From assembly GCF_001194135.2 (NCBI RefSeq), contig NC_068983.1:157234720-157298719 (forward strand): a stretch of 64,000 nt of DNA, written 5' to 3'. Position 1 is the stretch's first letter; the number at the start of each line of letters is the position of its first letter. A program made the position numbers and the translations under genes. Positions 23,543 through 36,013 of this stretch are shown one piece after another. This DNA is from Octopus bimaculoides (lineage: Eukaryota). Under the pieces are notes generated by a model that was not told the DNA's origin, made no database searches, and saw nothing but the letters and a program-made list of their open reading frames with translations.

Positions 23543-26500
23543 CTGTAAAAATAGAAAAGAAAATAGTTTGTAATTTCAACAATAAATCTTATACAGTTTA
23601 ATTCCAATAACAAGGGTTTCAATTATATAAAATTATAAGAAATTAAAGTGTGTATGTCTCTGAACAGAAAATCATTTTATACATAGTAATATTCTAAATT
23701 TAAGACAATTACATTTAGAGCAATATTTTACAAGTCAACTGGTTAAGTAAAGAATAATAAGAGATCTTTATTGATGAGAACTTAACCATTTAGCATTTAA
23801 ACCAACCATATCTGGTGTATGACCTGATCTGGCCTCTTACATGTGCCCTACAATGTCATTCTAAAAATAAACAATCACATCATTTAAATCTCAAAGCTAC
23901 AAGATAATGCAAGATAAAATTTCTGTCTAAATATAATTGTAAATACTGTGAAATTTTCAGCAGTGCGTGAGTATTTTTTCTCAATATTTGAAGTGGTGAT
24001 TGATATTTTTGTAATTACCAATATGGCTTCAGCATATAATGATTCCAATGTGGGGGGAATTACACTTGAAGACTTAGAAATTGTTGAAGAAAAAACTGAA
24101 AATAACAGTGACTTGATTTTAGATGAGTCAGATATAAATGTTTCTGAATTATTGTCTGACGAGCAAGGGTATTTTTGATAGCCAAAGTGAAAAAGATCTT
24201 CAGAATGCCATGCAAAATATCAGGATAAAACAGTCAAACAATTTAACATTAATTCACGACCCTGATTTTATTGAAAAATATATAATTGTGAATCATTGGT
24301 ATTTTTACACCTACTGGAAAAATTTCAAGTCTACACATAAAATACAATGTGAATAAATAACCATTACATTTGACACAGTAATTATATTATCTTCTCTGAC
24401 TAATTTATTCTTCTGTAATAAAAGAGGGCATATTCCATTTACATCATTTTTTGTTTTTAGAATATTTTAAAATCTTTAATTTTTTTTCTTTATACACCCA
24501 GCCTTTTTATTTTGAGTGCAGCCAGATAATAGTATGAAGGCAAAAAACTGAGTGTGCTTCCACCATTCATAAGTTTGGAACAGTTGTGACACACCACTAT
24601 TGGCTACCTCTCTAGACATTCTAATACAAGACTACTCAAACTAGACAGAGTAATGGATAAAGAACAAAATCATCAATGAACACACAAACTGTACATGCAT
24701 CACTCACATGACAGAGAAACTATAACAAGCCCACTAGTAATCATACACAAACTGTAAAAGAAAAAAGCAAAATTATCTTACCTTATTATATCAATATATT
24801 CATACAGTTTTAATAGTTGACAACGCAACTGATTTGCTTCATTTAAACTGTAAGTTGATTCACCATTACTGAAAAACAAAATATATTTTCAAAATATATA
24901 TATATGTATATATATATTATATATGCACATCATTAAAATGTTAACATTTTTCAAACTTTTAATTTTACAATAGTGACTAATCTATTTACCTCAAAGATTC
25001 AACCATTGGTAAAAATCTGGGAAGTTGTTGTTCTGCTTCTTCGATACAAGTTCTTAATTTCTGTTATGGATGGAAAAATAGGAGATAAAAGGATTGCCAC
25101 TAAAAAAATATATGAACTGAAATTGAGATGAACAATTAACAACAAAACCCTTCAATAAATAAAAAGGTTCCATTAATATTAATTATAACACTTCTAGAAT
25201 GAACAAAACCTTAATATAATGCAGCCTAATATTGCACAAGTGTAACACACACAAAAGAAAAAATTCTTATTGCCTGGTTGTCCATGAATTTCCTACTTAA
25301 ATTTGAACTTCCTTATAAGGAACTATTTTGTTGCAAAATGAAGCAATCAGTTGGTCACACATGACTTACTTTTGCATTCTGGAGTGTCTGCTCATGTTGC
25401 ATTATACAACTTGTGTGTAATTTTTGTAATATCTTGAAGTATCATATTTTTTAAAATTCTGTACGTTTGCTATCCTGTCATGTCATGTCAGCACAAAGCA
25501 ATATCATGAAATATTAATGATTATTAAAAATATGTAAGCAGAAAAGTAAAGTGTTGTTGCAGAATCATTAGGGATCTGCATTGTCAACTTTAAAATAAAA
25601 TTTTAAAAATAAAAAACAAAAGATGCAAACTTTAAGTGAGTATAATACTTCTGAAGTAGCATAAACACACAGTGAAATTATGAAAAAAATGGAGTAATAT
25701 ATTAAGTGTTTCAATGCATAAGTCACAGTGTTTACTTTCCACTCATAAGCCAATAAGAAAGAAAGCATCAAATTTATGTAATCAGTTGACTTGTGGAAGA
25801 GTTGAAAAGCTCAAAAGATAATCTAATCTAGCATTTGGATAACAAGGGGATCAGCAAGTATTGACATCAGACTACATCACAATTTCCATTATAAATGAAG
25901 AAAGAGTTAAATGTTCATTAAATCTAGTTTTTCGAGTTAACAAATATGGACTATTTTAGAAGTGCTTACCCTCTAAAACCTATCTCAAAAGCAGAAAAAA
26001 AACACCTGGGTATTAGGTAGAAAAGTTGGTTATACAGGTTTTTTTCTTTTCTTTTTATGAAAACCTTAAAGAGTTATCAAAACAACAAATGTCAAATTCA
26101 AAAAGTGAAGACAACCCTCTATAACCAGTTTTAATAACAGAATTCTTATCTAAAAACCTTAATGAAGTAACCTGTGCCTCAGAGTATCTTTCAGAAAATA
26201 AACTAAATTTCAAACAAAGCATGAAAATTAAATAAAGCCAATTTTTTTTATAAAATAAAAATCTAACAGACCAGTGGCACTATATTTTATTTATTGCATA
26301 AACTACACGCATTTTTGATTGAATTACATGTAATTTTGTTCAAAGGATTTTTTCAGTTAAATGGAGGTATTGCAGATCTACTATATTTTAAATAAGGATA
26401 TATTTCTTTCAATAATTAAAAGAATTTATCTGCATAAAAAATTGTTTTGCTTTATATATTAGCAACAGAGGCAGTATTAATACTTAGAGGTAATATTTAT

Positions 26501-29500
26501 CCCCACTTAAACATGGTTAAACATGTTTTACCTTACTCTGATACAGTTTCTAATAGGAAAGTAAAAATAGCAAGACAATTTAATTGAGGCATTGGTATGA
26601 TGGATTACATTTGTTACAGAAGACATTTGTACAAACATTCTTAAGAGTGATATGAAAATATTTTAAACATTGTTAATTTTAATAAAATATTACTTCATAT
26701 AGCTGGACAATGACAGGTTTTAAATTTCTTTGTTCAACCAAGCTATCACGTCGTTCAAGAAGCCGTCGACAGTCAAGACAAGTACGAATATGTTGTTCAC
26801 CCTCAGCACTAAACATGGAGTTGAGACTTGTATCACTTCCGGAACGTTTTAAAAATCCACTTTCTTTTTGGAAGTTAAAAGCTGGATCTGTTAATTTTTC
26901 TGAAAAGTGAAAATGATTTAAACTGAACAATTAAAATCACATTTGAATTACAAGAAATATTTTTAAAATATATTTAAAAGTAAATATTTTTCTTTTAAAA
27001 CCCTTTTTCTTAAATGTAACAAAATTGAATGATTCATAGACATAAGTTGCAGCTAATTTCAATTGTTTCTAAAATGCTTAGAATCTGTGGATTATATACA
27101 CAATTAATCTTAAATTTATGATAATGAAATAGTCATTAACAAATTTAACATCAATATTTACATGTGCATGCATCTATACATACACATAGGTATGTATATA
27201 TTACTTAAAAAAACCACTATAAATGAGAACTTACTTGCAAATGAAAATGACATAAAATGAGAGCATCTATCACAGACAATTCCTCCACATAATCGACAAT
27301 GGTGTCGTCTGCGGGTGACAATAAATGTTCTAGCACAAGAAGGACACATGGGCACATCTGCATCATTTACCCAAGGAACCACAGTTTTTTCAAATACTGC
27401 AAAAAATATAGAGTTTACATATTTCAGTATTTAACACCTAAGTAGTAAATTAATAAAAACTAATAGCTAAATATTTGCATTGAAACAGTTCCCAAAATAT
27501 CAAAAATATCTATGATAACAACACACTTATAACAATCATCATCCATCATCATTTAACGTTCATTTTCCATGCTGGCATGGGTTGGATGGATATCTGTTTG
27601 TATACACACAAATATTGTTGGCACTCCGTCGCTTACGACGTCGAGGGTTCCAGTTGATCCGATCAACGGAACAGCCTGCTCGTGAAATTAACGTGCAAGT
27701 GGCTGAGTACTCCACAGACACGTGTACCCTTAACGTAGTTCTCGGGGATATTCAGCGTGACACAGTGTGACAAGGCTGACCCTTTGAATTACAGGCACAA
27801 CAAAAACAGGAAGTAAGAGTGAGAGAAAGTTGTGGTGAAAGCGTACAGCAGGGTTCGCCACCATCCCCTGCCGGAGCCTCGTGGAGCTTTAGGTGTTTTT
27901 GCTCAATAAACACGCACAACGCCCAGTCTGGGAATCGAAACCGCGATCCTATGACCGCGAGTCCACTGCTCTTACCGCTGGGCCATTGTGCCTCCACAAT
28001 ATACACAAATACACACATGTATTCATACAAGCATTTCTGCCTCCATTATTGCCATCTCCCTCCAAGCACTATTTGGTTCATCATACTCTTGCTTTTTATC
28101 TCTAGCACTCTTGCTCCAATGTCTATACTTTCTTCTATGCACCCTTTTAGTCATGATACCTAAAAACAGAAGTAGTGTAGGATAGTGAGAGTTGTGCAGT
28201 CTTTAATGTCCAATTGATGGTTACAATGTTTAACCCTTCAGCCACTATATTCTAACACATGCACTTGCATGTGTGTATGCATGAGCATTCCCTTGTCTTG
28301 AAATATGATTTTGATTGGTAATATTTATCCCCACTTAAACGTGGATGTTCTGTTAGAACAGACTGTACAGCAGTAGATGCCATGAGAGAAACTCTCGTAT
28401 TGGCTTTTGGTGCAAAATGCACTCATGTTTACATCGATAGCAGGGAGATAGATCCCCACCACCTCCAGCACCAAGACCATATATATCTACGTATTGCTAG
28501 CAGGGAGATGAATCATTGCTACCTCTAACAGTCGAGTATCCATCATTGTTGAAGACCAAGGAAGGTCAAAATTTCATGATCTGGTGATCTTGGTGCTGGA
28601 GGTAGCAGGGATTTACCACCCAACAAGTGATGTAAAAAAAGAGAGCATTTTGTACCAAAAACTAATATGAGGGTTTCTCTCATGGTAACTATCGCAGTAT
28701 AGTTTGTTCCAATAGAACATCCACATTTAAGTGAGAATAAATATTACCTCTCGCTATTAATACTGCCTCTGTCACTAATATATATTTTTTAGCAATTCTG
28801 ATTGTAAACAAACAAAAAAAAAAACATTCATACAAATGGTGTCATCTGTTTACAAGTCTTTGTGAAAGCATGCTCAGATGAGAAAAAATATTGTTTCATT
28901 TAAATTCTAAAATAATTGTGGATTTGAGATTGGTTTTTTGAAACTATAGCTTTTTTTAAAATTTATAAATTTAATAAAGTGGTGTTTTTGCATGAGTTTA
29001 TAATGGAATTTTTATCTCCAAACTACTCTAGTCATACATAAAGTCAGTGAAATCATGTTACCATTAGCTTCTATATTTTTATTTAGTTATGAATAAGTAA
29101 ATTTGAGTTATTTTGAGAATTTCATACCATATGGCCATAGGTGATTTGGGGACATTTTGGTAATATGCACACATGCAAACATCTGCTTAATCCATTTGTT
29201 ACTATATTTTTGCTGAAATACACTACCTATATTTCAATTAATTTTTACAACAATGGCGTTAGGAAGGGCATCCAGCTGTAGAAACTCTGCCAAATCGGAC
29301 TGGAGCCTGGTGTTGCCATCCGGTTTCACCAGTCCTCAGTCAAATCGTCCAACCCATGCTAGCATGGAAAGCGGACGTTAAACGATGATGATGATGATGA
29401 TGATGAACAATGTTAAGCTAGTGTTTTGAACATAAATTAACAAGTACTTCTGATGGAAGGCTTTAATTAAGATCATTTTAAAACAAAGTTTGTATCAAAG

Positions 29501-31751
29501 AACCAGAGGCAGCCTCAGGGTTGGTATCAAAGCGGTTAAAGGCTTCGTTATGATAATGTTTGATCCTATAGAATACTTTTAAATGATCCTGGGCTTGTCA
29601 AAGCCTAAATGTAAACAATATTTTCTATATGGTTCACATGAGGTGGAATAGTCCTGAACAATTCTTTATGAAAGAACATTAGTTTGTAAGAATCTGATTC
29701 TTTGCCACCTCAATATTTGCTTTAGCATCAAAGAAAATATTCCTCAAATCTAATTCATCAATGTGGAAAATGTAAAACAGAATATACAAAAAAAGAAATA
29801 CATTTATTACTATGCAAGAAAAAAACTGAAACAACTTTAAAGGAAAAATGGAGTAGAAATTACCTTTTCGCTTATTTGGGTCAGTAGGTGCCTCAGGACT
29901 TATTAGTTTATCAAGCCTAATAAGTAACTTGTTAGTTTCTATCACAAATCTGTCCACTCGGGCATCACGAATTGCTTTGAAAGTTTCAGTGTGACTTCGA
30001 GAAATTCCTACAAGTATTTTTATTTATACAAATATTAGCAACAACCACATGAAATATGTTTGCTCTTTCTTTTCTGTCTCTCCTTTACTTAGTCATAACT
30101 ACACTGCCATTTAGAAGTGATGCTGAAATTTTCAAATGTGAAATGTTAACATACTTTTTCAAATTTCATAATTATTTATTTGATCATAATACAATAATTT
30201 ATGGTTTGAGACATTTAAATAAATTGTAGCAATGAATGCATATTCATTTCACATTAAATTTTAGAAATACATATGTACATAATAACAGAATTGTATATTA
30301 TGACTCTACACAGTTGCATTGAGCTCCTTTATAGCTTTTTTTACCTCAGCATAAGCAAAAATTATATATAATACACACACACACATGCACGCACGCACGC
30401 GTGTGTGTGTATATAATGACAAACCATGTGTAACAACAAACAAATTAGACTTTAATATCATTAGAAACAGAGAACTAAATTTATTAAGTGACACAAGTAT
30501 GGAACACTTACATTCAGGACTCTGAGTTTCTGTGCAAACAATTCATTGAATGACAGTTCACAAGGAGGTTCAGCTTGACACAGAATGTGACAAGGCCGGC
30601 CCTTTGAATTCAGGTACAACTCATTTTTGACAGCTGAGTGGACTGGAGCAACATGAAATAAAATGTTTTGCTTCAAGGACACGACTTGCCACCAGGAGTC
30701 AAACTCACAACCTTACAATCATTAGCCAATTACCCTAACCACTAAGTCATGTGCCTTCACATACTAACACAGAAAGTGGACATGAAATGATGATGATGAT
30801 AGTGATATATATGTATACATCTGTTATACACAATGAAGGCAATATTAAATTAAAATAGCCACCTATGTATCATAATGTATATACATTGTTGATGTACATA
30901 TCCTGAGATAATATCACTTATGGAAAAGCTATGTCAAAAACACAATAAATATTGAAGGGAGACAAAACAAAATGTGTCAGCAGTGGCCAGTGAGGATGCC
31001 AGATGCATTTTGGCCTTTTCAATATGAACTTGCAGCCAACCTGGATGAGAATTTATCATTTCCAGTGGCTATGCATACATATATGTCAACATATTTACTT
31101 TAGATAAATGTAAATTTCTTTATGGTAAATAATTCCCAAGAAATATGAAATATGATTGAAAGAGGATTTAAAATTTAACTCACCAATTTCCTGAGGCTCC
31201 CAGAAAAAAGGATAAAGTCCAGGTATGAGCGCATTTGTACTTGATTGTTCTCTGTCATCAAAAGAATCTTCTTTTTCCCCAAGCATATCACCCAACAGTC
31301 GTTTTTTGGCCTTTTCAAATAAGCCTAACACAGAATGAAAGAATTGTAGCATTAAAGTAAGTAAATGTAATTCTTTAATTAATGCTTGAATAGAGTACAT
31401 TTTCATTGCAAAATTTCATAGCAAGATCAATTGATGGGGGCCACAGATGAAAGATCTTACCTATTTACTTTAAATTATCAAATATTCTTAATCATTTAAA
31501 ACCCAAGAAGTTATATATGATTCTTCTAGTTACCAAAGATGGACAGATAATATATGACAAATAATATATATATATGACAGTGTAAAAGATTTATTTCAAA
31601 TATGAAGTCCCTTACCTTTGAGTTGCTGCGAAACAGCTTTCTCTTCAGTTGTGTGTGCATCTTCAAAATGTGTTTGCAATTGTGTTACAGAAGAATAATC
31701 TTTTAAACAGATGGGACAAATGAACCCTTCTCGAATATCAGTGCTTGTCAT
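23011..31751 (-). CDS. RBSN: Rabenosyn-5 (C2H2 finger, FYVE domain, Rab-binding helical hairpin), 492 aa
   Basis: join complement(31616..31751, 31184..31324, 29864..30007, 27235..27396, 26694..26899, 24990..25060, 24782..24868, 23011..23542) = 1479 nt, all GT-AG, phase-consistent. Motifs REGFICPIC..H, FWEPQEIG, VVPWVNDADVPMCPSC..RRHHCRLCGGIVC, DPMLQQIEIICGYIKQAK..DEVEMLEQNL match recalled human RBSN. Confidence 0.96.
23782..24382. mobile_element. Same MITE family carrying an extra internal segment of about 420 bp
   Basis: TTAACCATTTAGCATTTAAACC...GCTACAAGATAATGC, then extra sequence, then CAATGTGAATAAATAA.CATTAC. Confidence 0.7.
24782..24868 (-). CDS. RBSN: RBSN coding exon 7
   Basis: tttgtttttcag|(S)NGESTYSLNEANQLRCQLLKLYEYIDII AG|gtaaga. 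Confidence 0.92.
24990..25060 (-). CDS. RBSN: RBSN coding exon 6
   Basis: ccataacag|KLRTCIEEAEQQLPRFLPMVESL AG|gtaaat. Confidence 0.9.
26694..26899 (-). CDS. RBSN: RBSN coding exon 5 (end of FYVE)
   Basis: cttttcag|(K)KLTDPAF...HIRTCLDCRRLLERRD...VQLYE|gtaata. Confidence 0.93.
27235..27396 (-). CDS. RBSN: RBSN coding exon 4 (FYVE domain)
   Basis: ttttttgcag|(V)FEKTVVPWVNDADVPMCPSCARTFIVTRRRHHCRLCGGIVCDRCSHFMSFSFA A|gtaagt. Confidence 0.96.
27618..27997 (-). mobile_element. Well-preserved tRNA-derived SINE, second family
   Basis: head GTGGAGGCACAATGGCCCAGCGG (box A) ... GGTTTCGATTCCC (box B); CpG-rich, so probably young; related piece at about 30585..30760. Confidence 0.8.
28317..28785. mobile_element. 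Foldback MITE-like element with long imperfect inverted arms
   Basis: 28317..28478 is the reverse complement of about 28586..28750; a terminal fragment of the same family lies at about 26455..26520. Confidence 0.72.
29258..29405 (+). mobile_element. Short RTE 3' end
   Basis: GTTAGGAAGGGCATCCAGCTG...CATGCTAGCATGGAAAGCGGACGTTAAACG(ATG)n. Confidence 0.85.
29864..30007 (-). CDS. RBSN: RBSN coding exon 3
   Basis: cttgtag|(G)ISRSHTETFKAIRDARVDRFVIETNKLLIRLDKL...KRK G|gtaatt. Confidence 0.94.
31184..31324 (-). CDS. RBSN: RBSN coding exon 2
   Basis: tgtgttag|(G)LFEKAKKRLL...FWEPQEI G|gtgagt. Confidence 0.93.
31616..31751 (-). CDS. RBSN: RBSN first coding exon (C2H2 zinc finger)
   Basis: MTSTDIREGFICPICLKDYSSVTQLQTHFEDAHTTEEKAVSQQLK, donor G|gtaagg; an acceptor 12 nt upstream of the ATG (AG at 31764-31765) implies an upstream, probably non-coding exon. 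Confidence 0.92.
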
Positions 31752-32314
31752 CTTCAAAAATATCTAAATTAAGTAAAAAAAAGAATATGTACATATAAAT
31801 CTGACAGAACAAACAATATTAATTTTAAAATCAAATTTTGTGTGAAACTAGATATATCTGATATGCAAAAGAATTGCCTTAAATTATTTTGTAACCATTA
31901 ATAGTCATCATCATCATCGTTTAATGCTTGCCTTCCATGCTGGCAAGTGTTGGATGGTTTGACAGAACCGGCCAGGCAGAAGACAGCACTATGTCTGCTT
32001 TGGCATGGTTTTTACAGCTGGATGCCCTTCCTAACATCAACTACCCCACAGAGTGGACTGAGTGCTTTTTACGTGGCACTAGCACAGGCAAGGTCAGTTT
32101 TGGCATGGGTTTTACAGCTGGATGCCCTTCCAAATACCAACTTTGCAGTGTAGACTGAATGCTTTTTATGTAGCACCAGCACTGACAGGGTCACCAAGTA
32201 ACTTACAAGACCAAGAAATCTTTGAGAGAGGAAGTGATCTTGCATCAGATGATGAAAGGTTAGAGTGTGACAGAGAGGCAGAAACAAGTGTCTTGCTGTA
32301 GAGGAAGTACATGG

Positions 32315-32425
32315 TGAGAGAGAGAGAGAGAGAGACAGAGAGAGAGAGACAGAGAGAGAGAGACAGAGAGAGAGAGACAGAGAGATAGAGAGAGAGGAAG
32401 AGAGAGGTAGAGAGGAAGAGAGAAA
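32315..32425. repeat. (AG)n/(GACA) microsatellite
   Basis: directly visible; generates the spurious SL-repeat ORF 32069..32725. Confidence 0.95.
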
Positions 32426-32864
32426 TAGGAAAAGAGAGAGGGGAGTTAACAAGAAAGAGGCCAGAAACAGGTGTGCTGTAGTAAAGGAGATACCTGGTAA
32501 CTTAACCAGAGGGAAGAGCAAGAGAAGGAGTGAGAGTGAGTGATCAAGAATGAGGGCAGAAACAGGTGTGCTGCCATGGAGGAGATATATGGGTACCCAG
32601 CCAGAGGGAAGAGCAAGGGAAATAGAGAGAAAGTAGAAAAAGCAAGAGTGCAAGAGAGTGAAGTGCCAGGGAACAAAATTATTTAGTGTCTTCTTTATAA
32701 CTAGCAGGATCCATGGAAATTCCATGGAATGGAAAAAATTAAGAGAACCTATTTAAGGAAGAAAGGATGATTTGCATTTTTATAGCATTCACAGTTAGCT
32801 TTCTTTAAATATACTTGACATTCGATTACATTCATTTCCTCTGGCACTTGTGCCCGCGGCATGT

Positions 32865-33657
32865 GTAAGGACTTTCGAGCGAGATCGTTGCCAGTGCCCC
32901 TGGACTGGCTCTTGTGCGGGTGGCACATAAAATACACCATTTTGAGCATGGCCGTTGCCAGTACTGCCTGACTGGCCTTCGTGCTGGTGGCACGTAAAAA
33001 GCACCCACTACACTCTCTGAGTGGTTGGTGTTAGGAAGGGCATCCAGCTGTAGAAACTCTGCCAAATCAGATTGGAGCCTGGTGTAGCCATCTGGTTTCA
33101 CCAGTCCTCAGTCAAATCGTCCAACCCATGCTAGCATGGAAAGCGGACGTTAAACAACGATGATGATGANNNNNNNNNNGGACTGGCTCTTGTGCGGGTG
33201 GCACATAAAATACACCATTTTGAGCATGGCCGTTGCCAGTACTGCCTGACTGGCCTTCGTGCTGGTGGCACGTAAAAAGCACCCACTACACTCTCTGAGT
33301 GGTTGGTGTTAGGAAGGGCATCCAGCTGTAGAAACTCTGCCAAATCAGATTGGAGCCTGGTGTAGCCATCTGGTTTCACCAGTCCTCAGTCAAATCGTCC
33401 AACCCATGCTAGCATGGGTTGGACGATTTGACTGAGGACTGGTGAAACCAGATGCTACACCAGGCTCCAATCTGATTTGGCAGAGTTTCTACAGTTGGAT
33501 GCCCTTCCTAACGCCAACCACTCAGAGAGTGTAGTGGGTGCTTTTACGTGCCACCAGCACGATGGTCAGTCAGGTGGTACTGGCAACGGCCATGCTCAAA
33601 ATGGTGTATTTTATGTGCCACCCGCACAGGAGCCAGTCCAGCGGCACTGGCAACGAA
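32865..33657. mobile_element. Three RTE 3'-end copies: one before a 10-N gap, then two fused in inverted orientation
   Basis: 32865..33169 repeats 33180..33410; palindromic junction AACCCATGCT|AGCATGGGTT at 33410/33411. Confidence 0.85.
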
Positions 33658-34682
33658 CATTTCTCTTGGAAAAAAACAACAAAAGAATTAAATAATGAAA
33701 GCATTTAAACAAAAGTATAATAGTGTTTAAATTCTGCCTTACATCTTTTTATATCCCTCCTTATTCAAGGCTGACAGTTCAATAAAAAAATACTTTCCAC
33801 TATCAACACACCACCACCACAGCTATCTCTCTCTCTCTCAATATAACTGCGTCCCCTGTCAGTCTCTATCTATCTTTCCCTTCATCTAACTTTTTAACTA
33901 TGTAATAAGTATTCCTTCTCCACCCCACCACACATCGTTAACACTTTAATTTCGTCAGCTACTTTAATTTCCAAATTTGGCTCCAGCCGATATTTTTGCT
34001 TCCAAAATTTTAATTCACCTTGAAAAACCACTGGAAATCCACTAACTTTGCATTCCGAAACTTGGGAAAATATAATACTGAGAGGAGTCTATCAACCACA
34101 GAGGAAATTATTTTGAAGGAAACAAGTTTGATTTAATGGTTAATTAAAGCACTACATTTTTTTAAAATTCATACACCTTGTAAATTATTATAAAACACAA
34201 AAACAAATCAATAGATAACATGTTGGTACAGGCCAAATAAAATTCAACAATTAGATGCCCTTCCTGTCACCAACCCTCACCTGCTGCCCAGCAAAGTGTT
34301 TTTCCGCCTGGCCAGACATGTTTCTACAGAAGATTGTAAATGAGCACAACCATAAATGTATATATAAATATATGCTGGGTGGTTGGAGTTAAGAAGGGCA
34401 TCCAGTCATAGAAACCCTGCCAGAACAGACACAAAAGTCTGGTGCAGGTTCCTGTCTGGCCAGCACCTGTTAAACTGCCCAACCCATGCCAGCATGGAAG
34501 GCAGACATTAAACAACAATGATGATGATGGTGTGTGTGTGCTTCATATATGAACTATAACTACTAGTGCATGTTGCTTTATACACACAGAAAGTAATATC
34601 TCACTTCACTGAAATATAGGTACATATTCAAGAGAGAAATAAGTAAAAGAAAGGTTAAACAATGTTGAAATAAAAGAAACAT

Positions 34683-34908
34683 TTAATCTTTTAGCATTCA
34701 TATTACTCTATTGAACTTAATGTTTATTTATTCACATTGCTTTGAATTAGTCATACACCATCTTGTAGCTTTGAAATTTTGATGTGAATGTTTATTTTTA
34801 GAATGACATTGTAGGGTAGGTGTGGGAGGCTGGATCTGGCTAGTTTGAAAATAAGGCAGGTAGACTATTTTGGTTGGATATGGCTAGTTTAAATGCTAAA
34901 AGGTTAAC
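34683..34908. mobile_element. piggyBac-type MITE, about 225 bp
   Basis: TTAA-TCTTTTAGCATT ... AATGCTAAAAGG-TTAA: inverted termini with TTAA at both ends. Confidence 0.8.
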
Positions 34909-34949
34909 AGAAGAAAATACTTATTAGATTTTACTTGCATTATTTATAT

Positions 34950-35320
34950 ATCATCATCTATCATTTTGAATCCAGGTTTTGTCCCCGTTAACAAGGGTGG
35001 CCAGATCTACCTTAATGCCATAGTAACTGCCCTCACACCATCTCACCTGGTTTGGGGCATCCTCCCTTCTCAAGCCAACCCTCCTAATCTCCTCCTCCAC
35101 CATCTGTCCCCTCCACATTTTCCTTGGTCTATCTCGCTTTTGCCATCCATTCACCTCAAACTCTAGCACCCTCTTCAGAACATGCTCCTCATCCCTCAAC
35201 ACATGCCCATACCACCACACTTCATTCGCCCTTGCCAGCCATTCCACTGATTCCTCCAAACCTAGCATCCCCATCAAGTCCTCAGTCCTCCTCTTATCAA
35301 ACAACACATTTCTTTCACCA
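34950..35320 (-). mobile_element. Degenerate RTE LINE 3' fragment, second subfamily
   Basis: ORF 34954..35307 WYGHVLR.EEHVLKRVLEFEV.G..KRDRPRKMW, with a GAT-repeat tail. Confidence 0.8.
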
Positions 35321-35499
35321 TTGCTCTCTCAGTCCTTCTCAAAATTGCCATCTCTCTCTCTCTCAAACACCATGTCCCACTCCCACACAGCATTGCTACA
35401 AATGGACTGGGGACAGAATAACGGGAGGTGCTATTTTTTGTACTTTGAGAAAGTGTTACATAATCTGTATTTACAATTAAAAATTAGATGGTTTTATTC

Positions 35500-36013
35500 A
35501 TTCAGACAATTGGTAGATTTGCATAACAGGAAAGACTTCTGCAATGCAGAGATCACATTTGTTGTTATAACCATTATACAGTTTGGTATGGGTAACTATG
35601 GACCATTTTGAATTATATGGAATTGAGTTTTGTTTTAGGTTATGAATTAGCTGAGATAAAGAAGTGCTGTTAGTTATTGCTTGGGATTTGAAGCTAGAAT
35701 AGTGGCTACCTACTCTGACCTTGAGGGTGGTGCTGATCTATACATAATTGGAATTCTCAGTTGATACCGTGCATTTCTATACAATATTTTTTGTGGAGCA
35801 TCTATTATCGAGAAGACAGGAGGTGGGACATCTACAGCTGCATTAGGATTTTTAAAGGTGCCAAAGTGGAATTTACAGGGTTATAATTATTTAGGATTAA
35901 ACAGGTATTATATTCATTATCTGCCACGGTGTTAGGATGGGTATTTTTTTAGGGTGGTGAGGGATGTAGCTTATAATAGTTCTCATGTCTAATGATATTC
36001 CTATCATTGCCTA
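35500..36013 (-). mobile_element. Penelope-like element fragment (degenerate GIY-YIG endonuclease)
   Basis: DNRCSTKNIV*KCTV...V*IS..KVRVGSHYSSFK..NSTSLSQLIHNLK.NSIPYNSKWSIV...KCDLCIAE matches the PLE endonuclease pattern (C....VIY..YIG..H.SSF..ST.LS..W.I..C.LC..E); two stops. Confidence 0.72.

Noticed and set aside
25371-25474. Possible extra RBSN exon ending in a strong AAA|gtaagt donor
   Set aside because: The candidate acceptor lacks a pyrimidine tract, all frames contain stops, and the flanking exons already join in phase with full homology.
27920-27997. tRNA-like sequence with box A and box B (also near 42435 and 60310)
   Set aside because: These are SINE heads continuing into repeat bodies, with no complete cloverleaf, so they are not called as tRNA genes.
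32069-32725. 218-aa hydrophobic ORF resembling a membrane protein
   Set aside because: It is a translation of a (CT)n microsatellite and repeat fragments.
32865-33410. Apparent tandem duplication of an RTE end
   Set aside because: The two copies look identical over their overlap and flank a 10-N gap, which is typical of unmerged contig overlap.
34019-34080. Possible non-coding first exon of RBSN (AAG|gtgaat donor on the minus strand)
   Set aside because: Only a donor-like motif supports it; transcript data are needed.
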